From the IMG/VR virus record IMGVR_UViG_3300005095_000010, positions 1 to 57,561 of that record: 57,561 bases of DNA; one strand, 5' to 3'. This DNA comes from a virus (Duplodnaviria > Caudoviricetes). Every line of letters starts with the position of its first letter. Positions within the stretch are counted from its first letter, which is position 1. The position numbers and the translations under genes were made by a program. Below the pieces are notes generated by a model, which was not told the origin of the DNA, did no database searches, and worked only from the letters and a program-made list of their open reading frames with translations. Below, one piece after another: positions 8,693 to 17,144 of this stretch.

Positions 8693-9284
8693 TACCGTCC
8701 TCCAAAATATTTTTTACACTTGTGTAGTGCAGTTGTTTTAGTGGTTCTGGGTAGTACCCATTAACGTCTATAACACTCCAATCAAAGAACAGGTCATTAA
8801 GTACCAACTTACCATTATAAGCCATCAGGTTTCTTGGAGAAACCTCCATACACAAATCATACGGGTTAATGTAATTGGATAGGTGCATTACAATTCCTAC
8901 TAATTCGTCACGAAGCCCTTTTAACTTGAACCCCTCACACACTTCCAAAATGTCGTGGTATCCTTTTATGGATGAATAGTACCACCCAGTACTACCAGTA
9001 GGTTTCCTAAAAGCTTTTAACAAATATTGGTAATATTTGTAGTATAATGTAGTCAACTGCCGTTTAGGGGCTGTCAATTTTTCATACTTAGGTGATAGGA
9101 GTACAGAAACTTCTGGGTGTGACTCAATACTACCTCTAAATTCATAGGTAGGTGTCATCCTACCCCCATCATATTCAGATAAAGCGTTCTTTACTGGGCA
9201 GATAGTAGCAATAACAGCATTATTACCATCAATTCCCCAAACTTTAGTGAAGGCTCCTCTTCCAATCACTTCTATTTTGCTCAT
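8685..9284 (-). CDS. protein-kinase-like fold protein
   Basis: IGRGAF glycine-rich loop, EVSPRN catalytic-loop-like segment, LVLNDLF DFG-like motif. Confidence 0.55.
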   Translation of the reverse strand: MSKIEVIGRGAFTKVWGIDGNNAVIATICPVKNALSEYDGGRMTPTYEFRGSIESHPEVSVLLSPKYEKLTAPKRQLTTLYYKYYQYLLKAFRKPTGSTGWYYSSIKGYHDILEVCEGFKLKGLRDELVGIVMHLSNYINPYDLCMEVSPRNLMAYNGKLVLNDLFFDWSVIDVNGYYPEPLKQLHYTSVKNILEDGNE

Positions 9285-9382
9285 TTTTTACCCCTTCTAT
9301 TTAACTGATGTGGTTCATACCACCATATTGCTCCAACGGTGAAGCTTATTACTATTGTCTGCTCCATTACTTCATGTGCCAT
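9281..9382 (-). CDS. small hypothetical peptide (33 aa, not in track)
   Basis: AAGGAG RBS after a palindrome copy; ATGA overlap with the next gene. Confidence 0.45.
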   Translation of the reverse strand: MAHEVMEQTIVISFTVGAIWWYEPHQLNRRGKK

Positions 9383-9411
9383 ATCAACTCCTTAAAAGTT
9401 ACAGCCTGTAA

Positions 9412-9960
9412 CTATGCAATATCTTTGAAGAACGAGTCTACACTCTTCATAGTTACTTGTTTATTCACACCATGTACCGCTTTCTCACCATAGATTCTGC
9501 TAAGTTTTGGTAGCTCCTCCTCTCTATCAAACATAGTGTTCCATGTTCGGTGGTTGATGCCGTTAAGAGCCTGCTTTACTGTTACAGTGGCATGGTTAAA
9601 AATTACTCCCATGCTTTCTTGAATTTCATCAAGGTCTTTGAATGTGTTTACAGAATCCCAGTATTTTCCATCAAATTCCAATACTGCGTGGTAGCAGTTT
9701 GCAGGCTTACCACTATTGAGTTTTTCCAGCTCGGCATCATCCATATCTTTGGCAAATAGCCAAAGCATTTTTACTTTGCCTTTAAACTCTGGATAAGTTT
9801 TTTCTACCCACCGTTTATGCGTCAGTGCAATGATGGCACACCCTCCTTGGTTAGGACAATCTACAACACTGTCCACCTCATCCAACTTCTTTCTAAACTC
9901 TCTGTGGACTTTATTAAGCATACTCATTCTTGTTACCCCCTTAATTATTTTCTTTAACAT
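9412..9960 (-). CDS. putative Cys-His-Asp (papain/transglutaminase-like) protein
   Basis: GGCAIIA ... HAVLEFDGKYWDS. Confidence 0.5.
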   Translation of the reverse strand: MLKKIIKGVTRMSMLNKVHREFRKKLDEVDSVVDCPNQGGCAIIALTHKRWVEKTYPEFKGKVKMLWLFAKDMDDAELEKLNSGKPANCYHAVLEFDGKYWDSVNTFKDLDEIQESMGVIFNHATVTVKQALNGINHRTWNTMFDREEELPKLSRIYGEKAVHGVNKQVTMKSVDSFFKDIA

Positions 9961-10044
9961 ATTTTTCTACCTTAAAAGTTATAGTCTGTAACTTTTCAGG
10001 GACTGCCCGATTTTGAACAATTCCTGAAAAGTAAGTTTCAATTT

Positions 10045-10332
10045 TTATGTACCATAGTAATAGTATGTGTGTGTATTGCAGTCATTCTCCCATACCCGAA
10101 TTTCCACAATATCATCAGCCATCCACCCAATTTCTGTATAAGTGTCGGCGTTACTGTCCCACTCATATACCATACTTTCAACTTCATCTTCCAGTAAATG
10201 CACTGGGGTATAAATGTCCTCTTCAAGTGTCATAGGGCACTCATTAGTCACTCCTGACACCATCTCAGCTACCTCTCCACATCCTGAGAGGCATATGCCA
10301 GCCATGATTGCCGCTACTATAAAATTCTTCAT
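10045..10332 (-). CDS. lipoprotein
   Basis: Signal peptide with lipobox LSGC; acidic mature part. Confidence 0.7.
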   Translation of the reverse strand: MKNFIVAAIMAGICLSGCGEVAEMVSGVTNECPMTLEEDIYTPVHLLEDEVESMVYEWDSNADTYTEIGWMADDIVEIRVWENDCNTHTYYYYGT

Positions 10333-10435
10333 GTTAAATCCTTAATCGTTAATTTAGTTTGTTAAAAGTTACAACCTGTAACTTCTCAAATTTTGTTAGG
10401 GAGTGTTAATCTCCTACCACTATTTTATCAGAATT

Positions 10436-10780
10436 TTACCAGTTTCCGTCAAGCCCTACCTCTGCTTGAGAGGCATCATTATAGACCGCATACACTTTTA
10501 ACTGAAACTCCGCACAAATGGTAAACTCTTTCCCGAACCCATCGGGCTCTTGTACGACGTACCAGTACTGTCGTACACCTGTTTGGGCACTTTTTTTACT
10601 ATCATGGATTGTGTTAACTAAATCCAATTTATTAACAGCCTCTCTGTAAGCTATTGAAAAATCCTGCCCGTGAATGAACAGATTCTGTGAAACATCTGTC
10701 TCAAACTTAGTACTCTCCAACACTCTCTTTACGGTTCCAGTCAGTTCAAATCTGAACCCTGCAAGTTTTTTGTTACTCAT
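10436..10780 (-). CDS. hypothetical protein
   Basis: 114-aa ORF with AAGGA RBS. Confidence 0.7.
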   Translation of the reverse strand: MSNKKLAGFRFELTGTVKRVLESTKFETDVSQNLFIHGQDFSIAYREAVNKLDLVNTIHDSKKSAQTGVRQYWYVVQEPDGFGKEFTICAEFQLKVYAVYNDASQAEVGLDGNW

Positions 10781-11240
10781 TTGCCAATCCTTAATCGTTA
10801 ATTTAGTCGGAAGCTAAAAAGTTACAACCTATAACTTTTTAGTTAGCTACCATGTATATACACATTTTTAAAAAGATATGTATATAAATAGTACCTATAA
10901 CTACCAATTTCCTACACCAATAGTATAACATAAATTATACTAAGTTACAAGCACCCACCAAACACCTCGCAACCCAAATTTTGTGAATTTCCAAGCAACC
11001 CCAAAATTTGGGGATTACCAGAATTTTACCAGATTGCTAAAAACAGTTTTACTGTTTATTAACAGCGTGGGCGTGGGCATTGGTAGGGTTTTGCCGTATT
11101 TTACCCAAATTTGTTAGTTTGCTAAAAAGTTACTGGCTATAACTTTTCTTTGGGTTAGTTTGTGAATATTTTTGTGAACATACGTTCACTTTTGTACAGG
11201 AACTTATCAGTTGTTGATAAGTTCCTGTCGGGTTTGTGTG

Positions 11241-11306
11241 AGATGCTTTAAAGCATCTGTAAAGCTTTTTGAAGATGCTTTAAAGCATCTGTAAAGCTTT
11301 TTGAAG
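11241..11306. repeat. 32-bp tandem duplication containing 18-bp palindrome AGATGCTTTAAAGCATCT
   Basis: Units 11241-11272 and 11273-11304 are identical. Confidence 0.9.
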
Positions 11307-11924
11307 GTAAGCGTTAACGGTTGCTAACGTGTTCTTTTTTTCTTTGCTTGCATGGTAATCTTGTGCGATATCTTCCAACTCCGCCACAAGGTCGAAAAAC
11401 TGATTCTCCAACTCTTCGACGGATTTGGTCGCTAACTCTGAAGCATGGTTAATAACTTCATCTTTAATCGCTTGCACCTCTTTTTTAGTGTCAACCTTTA
11501 CCGCTTCGGTTTTTGTCTCCGCCTTACCGCTTACCGTTTTAACCTTTGCAGAGTGGTTTTGCTTCTCTTTACCCTCTTTTCTAATCTCTTTGAGTTTTGC
11601 CATACTTGCTTTATCACCTAAAGCTATAATAGCGTCCACTACTTTAAAGTCCACTTGGTAAGCTTGTGACTTACCGTTAATGGACTTCTTATCATACATA
11701 CGCCCGACTACCATAGCAACATGCTTAAACGTCCCTATGCCAGTCTCTTTTGCTTCACTGTTGAGTTTTCCGTTAATAGTAGCTAACTCATTGTAAGATA
11801 CTTTACCACTCTTTACAAGTTTTGCCAGTGCCATAAGGTACTGTGCGTTTGATGCCTCCGCACTTTTAACTGTTTTGATGTACTCGTTTGTTAGTGCCTT
11901 ACCAGTCTTGAATGAAGTTTTCAT
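11280..11924 (-). CDS. Lys/Ala-rich early protein
   Basis: 214-aa ORF with its own consensus promoter and RBS. Confidence 0.8.
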   Translation of the reverse strand: MKTSFKTGKALTNEYIKTVKSAEASNAQYLMALAKLVKSGKVSYNELATINGKLNSEAKETGIGTFKHVAMVVGRMYDKKSINGKSQAYQVDFKVVDAIIALGDKASMAKLKEIRKEGKEKQNHSAKVKTVSGKAETKTEAVKVDTKKEVQAIKDEVINHASELATKSVEELENQFFDLVAELEDIAQDYHASKEKKNTLATVNAYLQKALQML

Positions 11925-11972
11925 TTGTTTATCCTTTAAAATGTTAATTTGCCCTTATTGGGCTGTAATCGT

Positions 11973-12002
11973 ATTATAAGACAATTTAGCTCAAATTGTC
12001 AA
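11973..12002 (-). promoter_or_regulatory. sigma70-type promoter
   Basis: TTGACA-N18-TATAAT; palindrome copy at 12010 lies just upstream of the -35. Confidence 0.75.
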
Positions 12003-12029
12003 CCTCTTAAAAGTTACAACCTATAACTT

Positions 12030-12320
12030 TTAATTTACCTTTACATCCATACCTAGTTCTAAGTTCATGGAGATTATCTTACCATCTTCAGTGGCAAAGT
12101 CTCCCTCAAAGTATATATCCCCACCGATAGTATAGAATGAATAGCTCTGGTAGCCATTTGTGTTACTAACACCACGATTAATTCTTACTTCACCAATACC
12201 GTCAATAGTAATAATTGAGTACTCATCGCCCGGCAATTTGCCACTGAAAATTTTGAGCAACTCGGCTCCTATCGTATTATGTAGTGTATTGTATTGGTTA
12301 ATCATCTGTGCCAATCTCAT
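12030..12320 (-). CDS. hypothetical protein (first gene of leftward early block)
   Basis: 96-aa ORF; promoter TTGATT-N18-TATAAT at 12370-12399. Confidence 0.7.
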   Translation of the reverse strand: MRLAQMINQYNTLHNTIGAELLKIFSGKLPGDEYSIITIDGIGEVRINRGVSNTNGYQSYSFYTIGGDIYFEGDFATEDGKIISMNLELGMDVKVN

Positions 12321-12459
12321 GTTAATCCTTTAAAAGTTATTTGCAACCGCTTAACAGTTGCTTGGCAGTATTATAACACCTTTTAACTTTTAAAATCAAT
12401 AGTTTTTAGAAAAATTTTTTAAAAAAGTTTTTCAGTAAAAAGTTACAACCTATAACTTT

Positions 12460-12880
12460 TGAAATTAGTTTTGCTTATATCTTACACGTGTATATATATA
12501 ATGTAAGTAAACAGCTCGACGGGTACGGGCAGGGTACTACACAGGTAATATAAGTTATTATTATGTGTTTATCAGTTGCTTTGCAGTTGCTTTGCAGTTG
12601 TTGTTAGGTTGGGGCAAGGGTGGGACTGGCGGGCTGGTGGGGCTTTGCTTGGGTTTGGTAAGGGGCGGTTAAGTTTCTTTTAAGGTTTTGTGGGGCGGTG
12701 GGGGCGTAAAGAGAGCCCAACAGTTACTTTAAGGTGCTACAAAGTAACTGCAAAACCACTGCAAAAACCCTCATACAAAACCTAATAAACCACTGTCAAA
12801 ATAAATGAACAAGTGTTCATATTAAGGTGCTACAAAGTAACTGCCAAAACCTAATAAACCACTGTCCAAAACCAGACACG
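12460..12880. other. repeat-rich non-coding divergence region (candidate genome terminus, packaging site or origin)
   Basis: G-rich to C-rich switch near 12716, CAGTTRCTTT repeats in both orientations, 22-bp direct repeats. Confidence 0.5.
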
Positions 12881-12885
12881 ATATA
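12879..12885 (+). promoter_or_regulatory. CGATATA putative late-promoter motif (first of 11-12 copies)
   Basis: Also at 14721, 19107, 21429, 27119, 28877, 32768, 33923, 40693, 50591 (+) and 52279-52285, 53474-53480 (-). All + copies are 33-37 nt before an ATG. Confidence 0.8.
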
Positions 12886-12911
12886 TAGGTAAATAAAACA
12901 AAAGGATACTT

Positions 12912-14129
12912 ATGACTCAAACAGTACATGACTTTTTGGAATTGCTAAAGTCTGGGCAGTACATGGTAGTTGATGCCAGCATCAAGACACGACCACAGAT
13001 AACCTCAGCAGTTTTGCCAATGTGTTTGGAAGAGATGCAAAAAGGCTTGGTACAATATACCGAGATTTTGCCAGAAAATTATAACTTAGAGAATGGAGAT
13101 ATTCTCAACAAATTCAGAAACAGTGAGATTCTGGGCAGACCTTATAATATACATGTAGATGGCACTGACATCTTTTTGGTAGATTATGATAGACATAATA
13201 TACTCACTTTTAATTTTGATTGGGAGCTGACAGCCAAGCACGAATTGTACCCACAAGACACATCACTTAGAAACCCCAACTGTGTTGTTGTCAACTCTGA
13301 TAAAATATTTGTGGGCACTAACTACTACAAAATGTGTGCCATTGATAAAGTGACTGGGGACGTGTTGTGGCAATTTGGTACATATAACAGTAGAGGTCGT
13401 CCAGAAGACGGTAAGATTGGTAGAATTTATGACATGGCTATAGCACCTAACGGTAACTTGCTAATTGCTACATACGACGGGGCAGGAGATGCCAATAAGT
13501 ATTACGGTACTGTGGATGAATTTACAGTTGATGGCACATTCGTTAAAAACCATCTTCAATATAACGTATCAGGACTTGGTGTAGACCATGAAGTTAGATA
13601 TCCAAGAGCTTTAAAAGTTTATGGGGATATGGTATATGTTGGTACAGCTAATAGAATTGATGTGTTTCAGTATGTTAATGATGAGTTAGAGTACCGTACA
13701 TATATTGCAAAACCAACTTCTGAAGCTGTGCAAGACCTGTCACTGACAGACTTTCTAATTTCTGACGACATCTTGTATGTTGTTGCAAGTTCTTTGAAGA
13801 AAGTGGTAGCATTTAACTTAGCTACAAAAGAAGTGGAGTATTCTGTTGGACACTACAGTTACGAGAATTACTCCGATGCAGTACATGAGGGGAATGGGTT
13901 CAATGACCCTAGAAGTATCTGTAAAGTAGGTGAAGATGTTGTGGTAGTTGACTCAGCTAACTATAATGTAACTAAGGTATTCCCGAAAGATTACATGGAA
14001 GTTACCTACCAGATGCCTACAAATGCAGAAGTTATTTACAGCTCTTTGGAAGTTGAAAATAACATTGCCAAGACACCGATAGGTATCGAGCCTCCAATAC
14101 TACATTTAGTTTTTAAAACTACAGTGTAG
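12912..14129 (+). CDS. beta-propeller (NHL/PQQ-like repeat) protein
   Basis: Repeated P..[IL].V....[IL][FY]V blades (LRNPNCVVV, VRYPRALKV, FNDPRSICK) and AIDKVTGDVLWQF. Confidence 0.65.
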   Translation: MTQTVHDFLELLKSGQYMVVDASIKTRPQITSAVLPMCLEEMQKGLVQYTEILPENYNLENGDILNKFRNSEILGRPYNIHVDGTDIFLVDYDRHNILTFNFDWELTAKHELYPQDTSLRNPNCVVVNSDKIFVGTNYYKMCAIDKVTGDVLWQFGTYNSRGRPEDGKIGRIYDMAIAPNGNLLIATYDGAGDANKYYGTVDEFTVDGTFVKNHLQYNVSGLGVDHEVRYPRALKVYGDMVYVGTANRIDVFQYVNDELEYRTYIAKPTSEAVQDLSLTDFLISDDILYVVASSLKKVVAFNLATKEVEYSVGHYSYENYSDAVHEGNGFNDPRSICKVGEDVVVVDSANYNVTKVFPKDYMEVTYQMPTNAEVIYSSLEVENNIAKTPIGIEPPILHLVFKTTV

Positions 14130-14358
14130 TTTCTAGCCAGTTGCCTAACAAGAATATGGCAGCTGGTATAAAACTCCCTGCTGTGTAAGCTGCTATAATG
14201 TCATCATTGAATGCTTCCCCATACTTAAACTTCCTCCATAAAGCCACTACAACCCCTAGTATAAACATAGATTGAATACCAATAAATGCTGTTTGTGTTA
14301 AGAGTGTTATAATTGAGGCTAAGCCCACTCCAAAGTAAAATCTATCTCTGATTGTCAT
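14119..14358 (-). CDS. membrane protein
   Basis: Two to three hydrophobic segments. Confidence 0.65.
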   Translation of the reverse strand: MTIRDRFYFGVGLASIITLLTQTAFIGIQSMFILGVVVALWRKFKYGEAFNDDIIAAYTAGSFIPAAIFLLGNWLETTL

Positions 14359-14638
14359 TATCTCTCCTTGTAAACAGTTGTTTTAAGTCATAACTCAATA
14401 CGCCCACTACTTTTTCTCTAATCCATTGAAGTGATTGTGGATTGTTGTCGAGATAACCAGTGATAGTTATAATATTTACAATTGGAATAGCAGCCTGTAG
14501 TATTATAAACAAAGAGAATAGTAAGTCCCCAACTGTAAACTCACAAACATCGTTATATTCCTCATAAAACACAAATACCCATAGTACAATAGGCACTACA
14601 TAAAAAATGGCAATAAAAATTGTCACAAATATTTCCAT
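14342..14638 (-). CDS. membrane protein
   Basis: Two hydrophobic helices; AAGGA RBS; TG-extended TATAAT at 14667-14672. Confidence 0.7.
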   Translation of the reverse strand: MEIFVTIFIAIFYVVPIVLWVFVFYEEYNDVCEFTVGDLLFSLFIILQAAIPIVNIITITGYLDNNPQSLQWIREKVVGVLSYDLKQLFTRRDNDNQR

Positions 14639-14757
14639 ACAAATCCTTTAAGTTAATTTAAGTTGTATTATAACAACTTAATACTTAATTATTGCTGAAG
14701 TCAGTAGTATTTTATAAGTACGATATAATAATGTAATTTAACACAAAGGATACTTAA

Positions 14758-15273
14758 ATGGGTATGTTTAAAGATATTGGGGCTTCTCCAAGAAACCTTG
14801 GATTGGCAACAATGAAAGAGACTATTAAGGATAATGTTAAAACCATTACAATAAATCTTGAGGATTTTAATGAGGATATTATCAATCCCGGCACGTTTTA
14901 CTGTAGAGTTAAACTCCCTGTAATGGAAATTGACACCCTTGAGGTAAAATTTGACAGTGAGCTTAAAGCTATACTACAAAGTTTAGATACAGAAGTTTAC
15001 GCTGTAAGTTTCGAGGGCGAGAGTACAGAGTATGAAGCTTTTGACCCACTAGAGATTAGAGTATTTGGTAGCAACATCAAAAACACTAACGGTAATATCA
15101 AACTTGTTTTTGGTAATGATGTAGCCACTATAGGGGTTTATGAATTTGTACAAATTCAAATTCCAAGATTTGGCAGTTTTGTTGGTGATGCTGTAACCAT
15201 AACCAGTTTTAATAGTGTTGGTACCCCAGAAGAAATTCTTCCATTTGTACCACAAAGTGGTGGAGGGGAATAA
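14758..15273 (+). CDS. hypothetical protein (late motif upstream)
   Basis: 171-aa ORF; CGATATA at 14721. Confidence 0.75.
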   Translation: MGMFKDIGASPRNLGLATMKETIKDNVKTITINLEDFNEDIINPGTFYCRVKLPVMEIDTLEVKFDSELKAILQSLDTEVYAVSFEGESTEYEAFDPLEIRVFGSNIKNTNGNIKLVFGNDVATIGVYEFVQIQIPRFGSFVGDAVTITSFNSVGTPEEILPFVPQSGGGE

Positions 15274-15309
15274 TCCCTCCTAATTATAAAAAATAAATAA
15301 AGGATAAAT

Positions 15310-15909
15310 ATGGCACCTACATTTGATATACCAGTAAAGGTTTTGAAATTTTCACCTAGCCCGCTAGATGTGGTTAAAGTACAAGAAGCTTTGGCAGATG
15401 CTTATAAAGTTGTTTATCTTACACCAGATATGGTGGAGGAAGCGGATGGAGAGTGGAGATTTGAAGCACACATGGATATGCTAGCTACAGATGGTTTATA
15501 TGTAAAACTGTCCAAAGACTTTGCAGATGCTGTAAATAATGAGGGTTTGGCTGGCTCGGGGATTGTTAAAGTTAAACTCTACCATACTACAGAGAATGAG
15601 AAAGCCTTTGCAGCTACCCCATTTAAAGCTACTATTGATATCTCAGAAGTAAGAGACAGATTCGTGGAGCTAGAGATAGCAAGCACTTATGAAGATTCTG
15701 GCTTTATTGGACAAATTGAAGTTGCAGGAAGTAATATTACTGCTAATATCGCTTATGCTGATGGATTCATTGGTTATGGTGAGTGCCCAAGAAATGGTAG
15801 ATACATGGACAGACCTGTAGTTACTAAGACACGATTTATGTCACCAGAAGATTACTATGATATTACCTCGTGGGGTGGCGACAGAGATGAAGAAAAAGGT
15901 GGAATATAA
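15310..15909 (+). CDS. hypothetical protein
   Basis: 199-aa ORF with AAGGA RBS; hairpin GGGGC-TAA-GCCCC after the stop. Confidence 0.75.
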   Translation: MAPTFDIPVKVLKFSPSPLDVVKVQEALADAYKVVYLTPDMVEEADGEWRFEAHMDMLATDGLYVKLSKDFADAVNNEGLAGSGIVKVKLYHTTENEKAFAATPFKATIDISEVRDRFVELEIASTYEDSGFIGQIEVAGSNITANIAYADGFIGYGECPRNGRYMDRPVVTKTRFMSPEDYYDITSWGGDRDEEKGGI

Positions 15910-15966
15910 GGGGCTAAGCCCCTTCACCGCAATAAAACATGTTAACATTTTAAAGATTCTGGTCAA

Positions 15967-16419
15967 TTACTTGACCAAAACCGCATATTTTTTGAATAAA
16001 TTGAGTTTAAACCGATACAATCTTGTGTTTGAGCCTATATCCCCACCAACAATTTGGTCAAAATATAACTCATCCTCTATCATTCTTCTCAGTTTTTCAG
16101 TATTTATCAAGTATAAGTCAAAATCATCAATAGACCTAACCACTGCGTAGGCTATAAAATGAGCCGTTGTTGTTACAATACCAGCTGGCTTACCCCAACT
16201 TTCATACTCCACTACTATATTCCCAGTAGTAGCAGCGAAAAAATCTGCTTTAATCTCCAACATGTAGGTTTTATCATCAAGTGAGAATACACAATCATGT
16301 GTTTTAGTACCAGAAAATGTGTGAAATTTAAAGTTTTTATAAGATTTTTGTAGTTTTTTTATAACAGCTAGCTCAATTTTATCAGCTGTGTCCATATCCT
16401 CTTGAAAATTGTAATGCAT
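15967..16419 (-). CDS. PD-(D/E)XK nuclease-like protein
   Basis: E...HD...LEIKAD...TGNIVVE motif. Confidence 0.55.
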   Translation of the reverse strand: MHYNFQEDMDTADKIELAVIKKLQKSYKNFKFHTFSGTKTHDCVFSLDDKTYMLEIKADFFAATTGNIVVEYESWGKPAGIVTTTAHFIAYAVVRSIDDFDLYLINTEKLRRMIEDELYFDQIVGGDIGSNTRLYRFKLNLFKKYAVLVK

Positions 16420-16667
16420 TAAGCTTCCTTTAAGATTATTTCAGAGATTTTTGCTCTTACTATATCTCGTTTATGCTTAATATGCCTGATATTACCACCC
16501 TCATCTATAAAAGCTGTAATAAGTTGCACGTTTTTAAGATTATCAGAGAAAATTGCAAACGATTTTGAAGATATTTTAAGGTGTTTTATTGCAAGAGCTC
16601 CACAGATACACTTAGGTTCTGCCAAACTCTTGCATAATTTACAATAAGGTATTGTTTTTAAAGTCAT
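16419..16667 (-). CDS. small Cys-rich (zinc-binding?) protein
   Basis: CKLC...CICG. Confidence 0.55.
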   Translation of the reverse strand: MTLKTIPYCKLCKSLAEPKCICGALAIKHLKISSKSFAIFSDNLKNVQLITAFIDEGGNIRHIKHKRDIVRAKISEIILKEA

Positions 16668-16889
16668 TTAATACTTCAAATGCCTATAACTCACCCCCAT
16701 AATTAATGAGTAGAGAGTAAAATACAGGAATGATTTTAGAGTGACCCACATAGCACCAAAAAATGATAAACACTCTTGATTAGCTAACTCTACAATACCA
16801 CCAAAAAACATCCCAAAACTAGCAAAAATGCCCAAAAAACCAACAATTACTCCAAAAATTAGTAAAGAATTAGCAAATTTTTCTAACAT
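16668..16889 (-). CDS. membrane protein
   Basis: Two transmembrane-like segments. Confidence 0.65.
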   Translation of the reverse strand: MLEKFANSLLIFGVIVGFLGIFASFGMFFGGIVELANQECLSFFGAMWVTLKSFLYFTLYSLIMGVSYRHLKY

Positions 16890-17143
16890 TACCCAACCTT
16901 TTGTCCCTGACCACGACTTTTTCTTTGATTTGCTTTCATCATAGCATCAACATTTTCAAAGAAATTATCAGGCAGCTTTACATTTTCTGTACAATCATGG
17001 TACGTCTCATTACGAAGTACTCTTGTTACAGTCAGACGTGTCACATTTAGCTTATCAGCTATTCGTTTAACTGTGTTGCCATCAATAAAGGAGGTGAAGA
17101 TGTAACTTACATCCTCACAACTAAGTTTTTTAGGTATTGGCAT
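16889..17143 (-). CDS. helix-turn-helix DNA-binding protein
   Basis: TVKRIADKLNVTRLTVTRVL. Confidence 0.7.
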   Translation of the reverse strand: MPIPKKLSCEDVSYIFTSFIDGNTVKRIADKLNVTRLTVTRVLRNETYHDCTENVKLPDNFFENVDAMMKANQRKSRGQGQKVG

Positions 17144-17144
17144 C

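Larger units (their letters stand above)
16..12459. repeat. Dispersed 21-bp palindrome AAAGTTAY-N5-RTAACTTT, about 15 copies (putative operator)
   Basis: Copies start at 16, 1460 (inside CDS), 2478, 3354, 4384, 4952 (degenerate), 7688, 8393, 9395, 9975, 10365, 10818, 11126, 12010 and 12439. Most lie just upstream of the RBS of leftward genes. Confidence 0.9.

Noticed and set aside
16-12459. 21-bp palindromes as a CRISPR array or attC-like cassette sites
   Set aside because: Spacing is irregular (hundreds of bp to kb) with whole genes between copies, one copy is intragenic, and there is no cas or integrase gene in the window.
14758-15909. Paralogy between the two adjacent late hypothetical proteins
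   Set aside because: Only faint similarity by eye; not supportable without a profile alignment.
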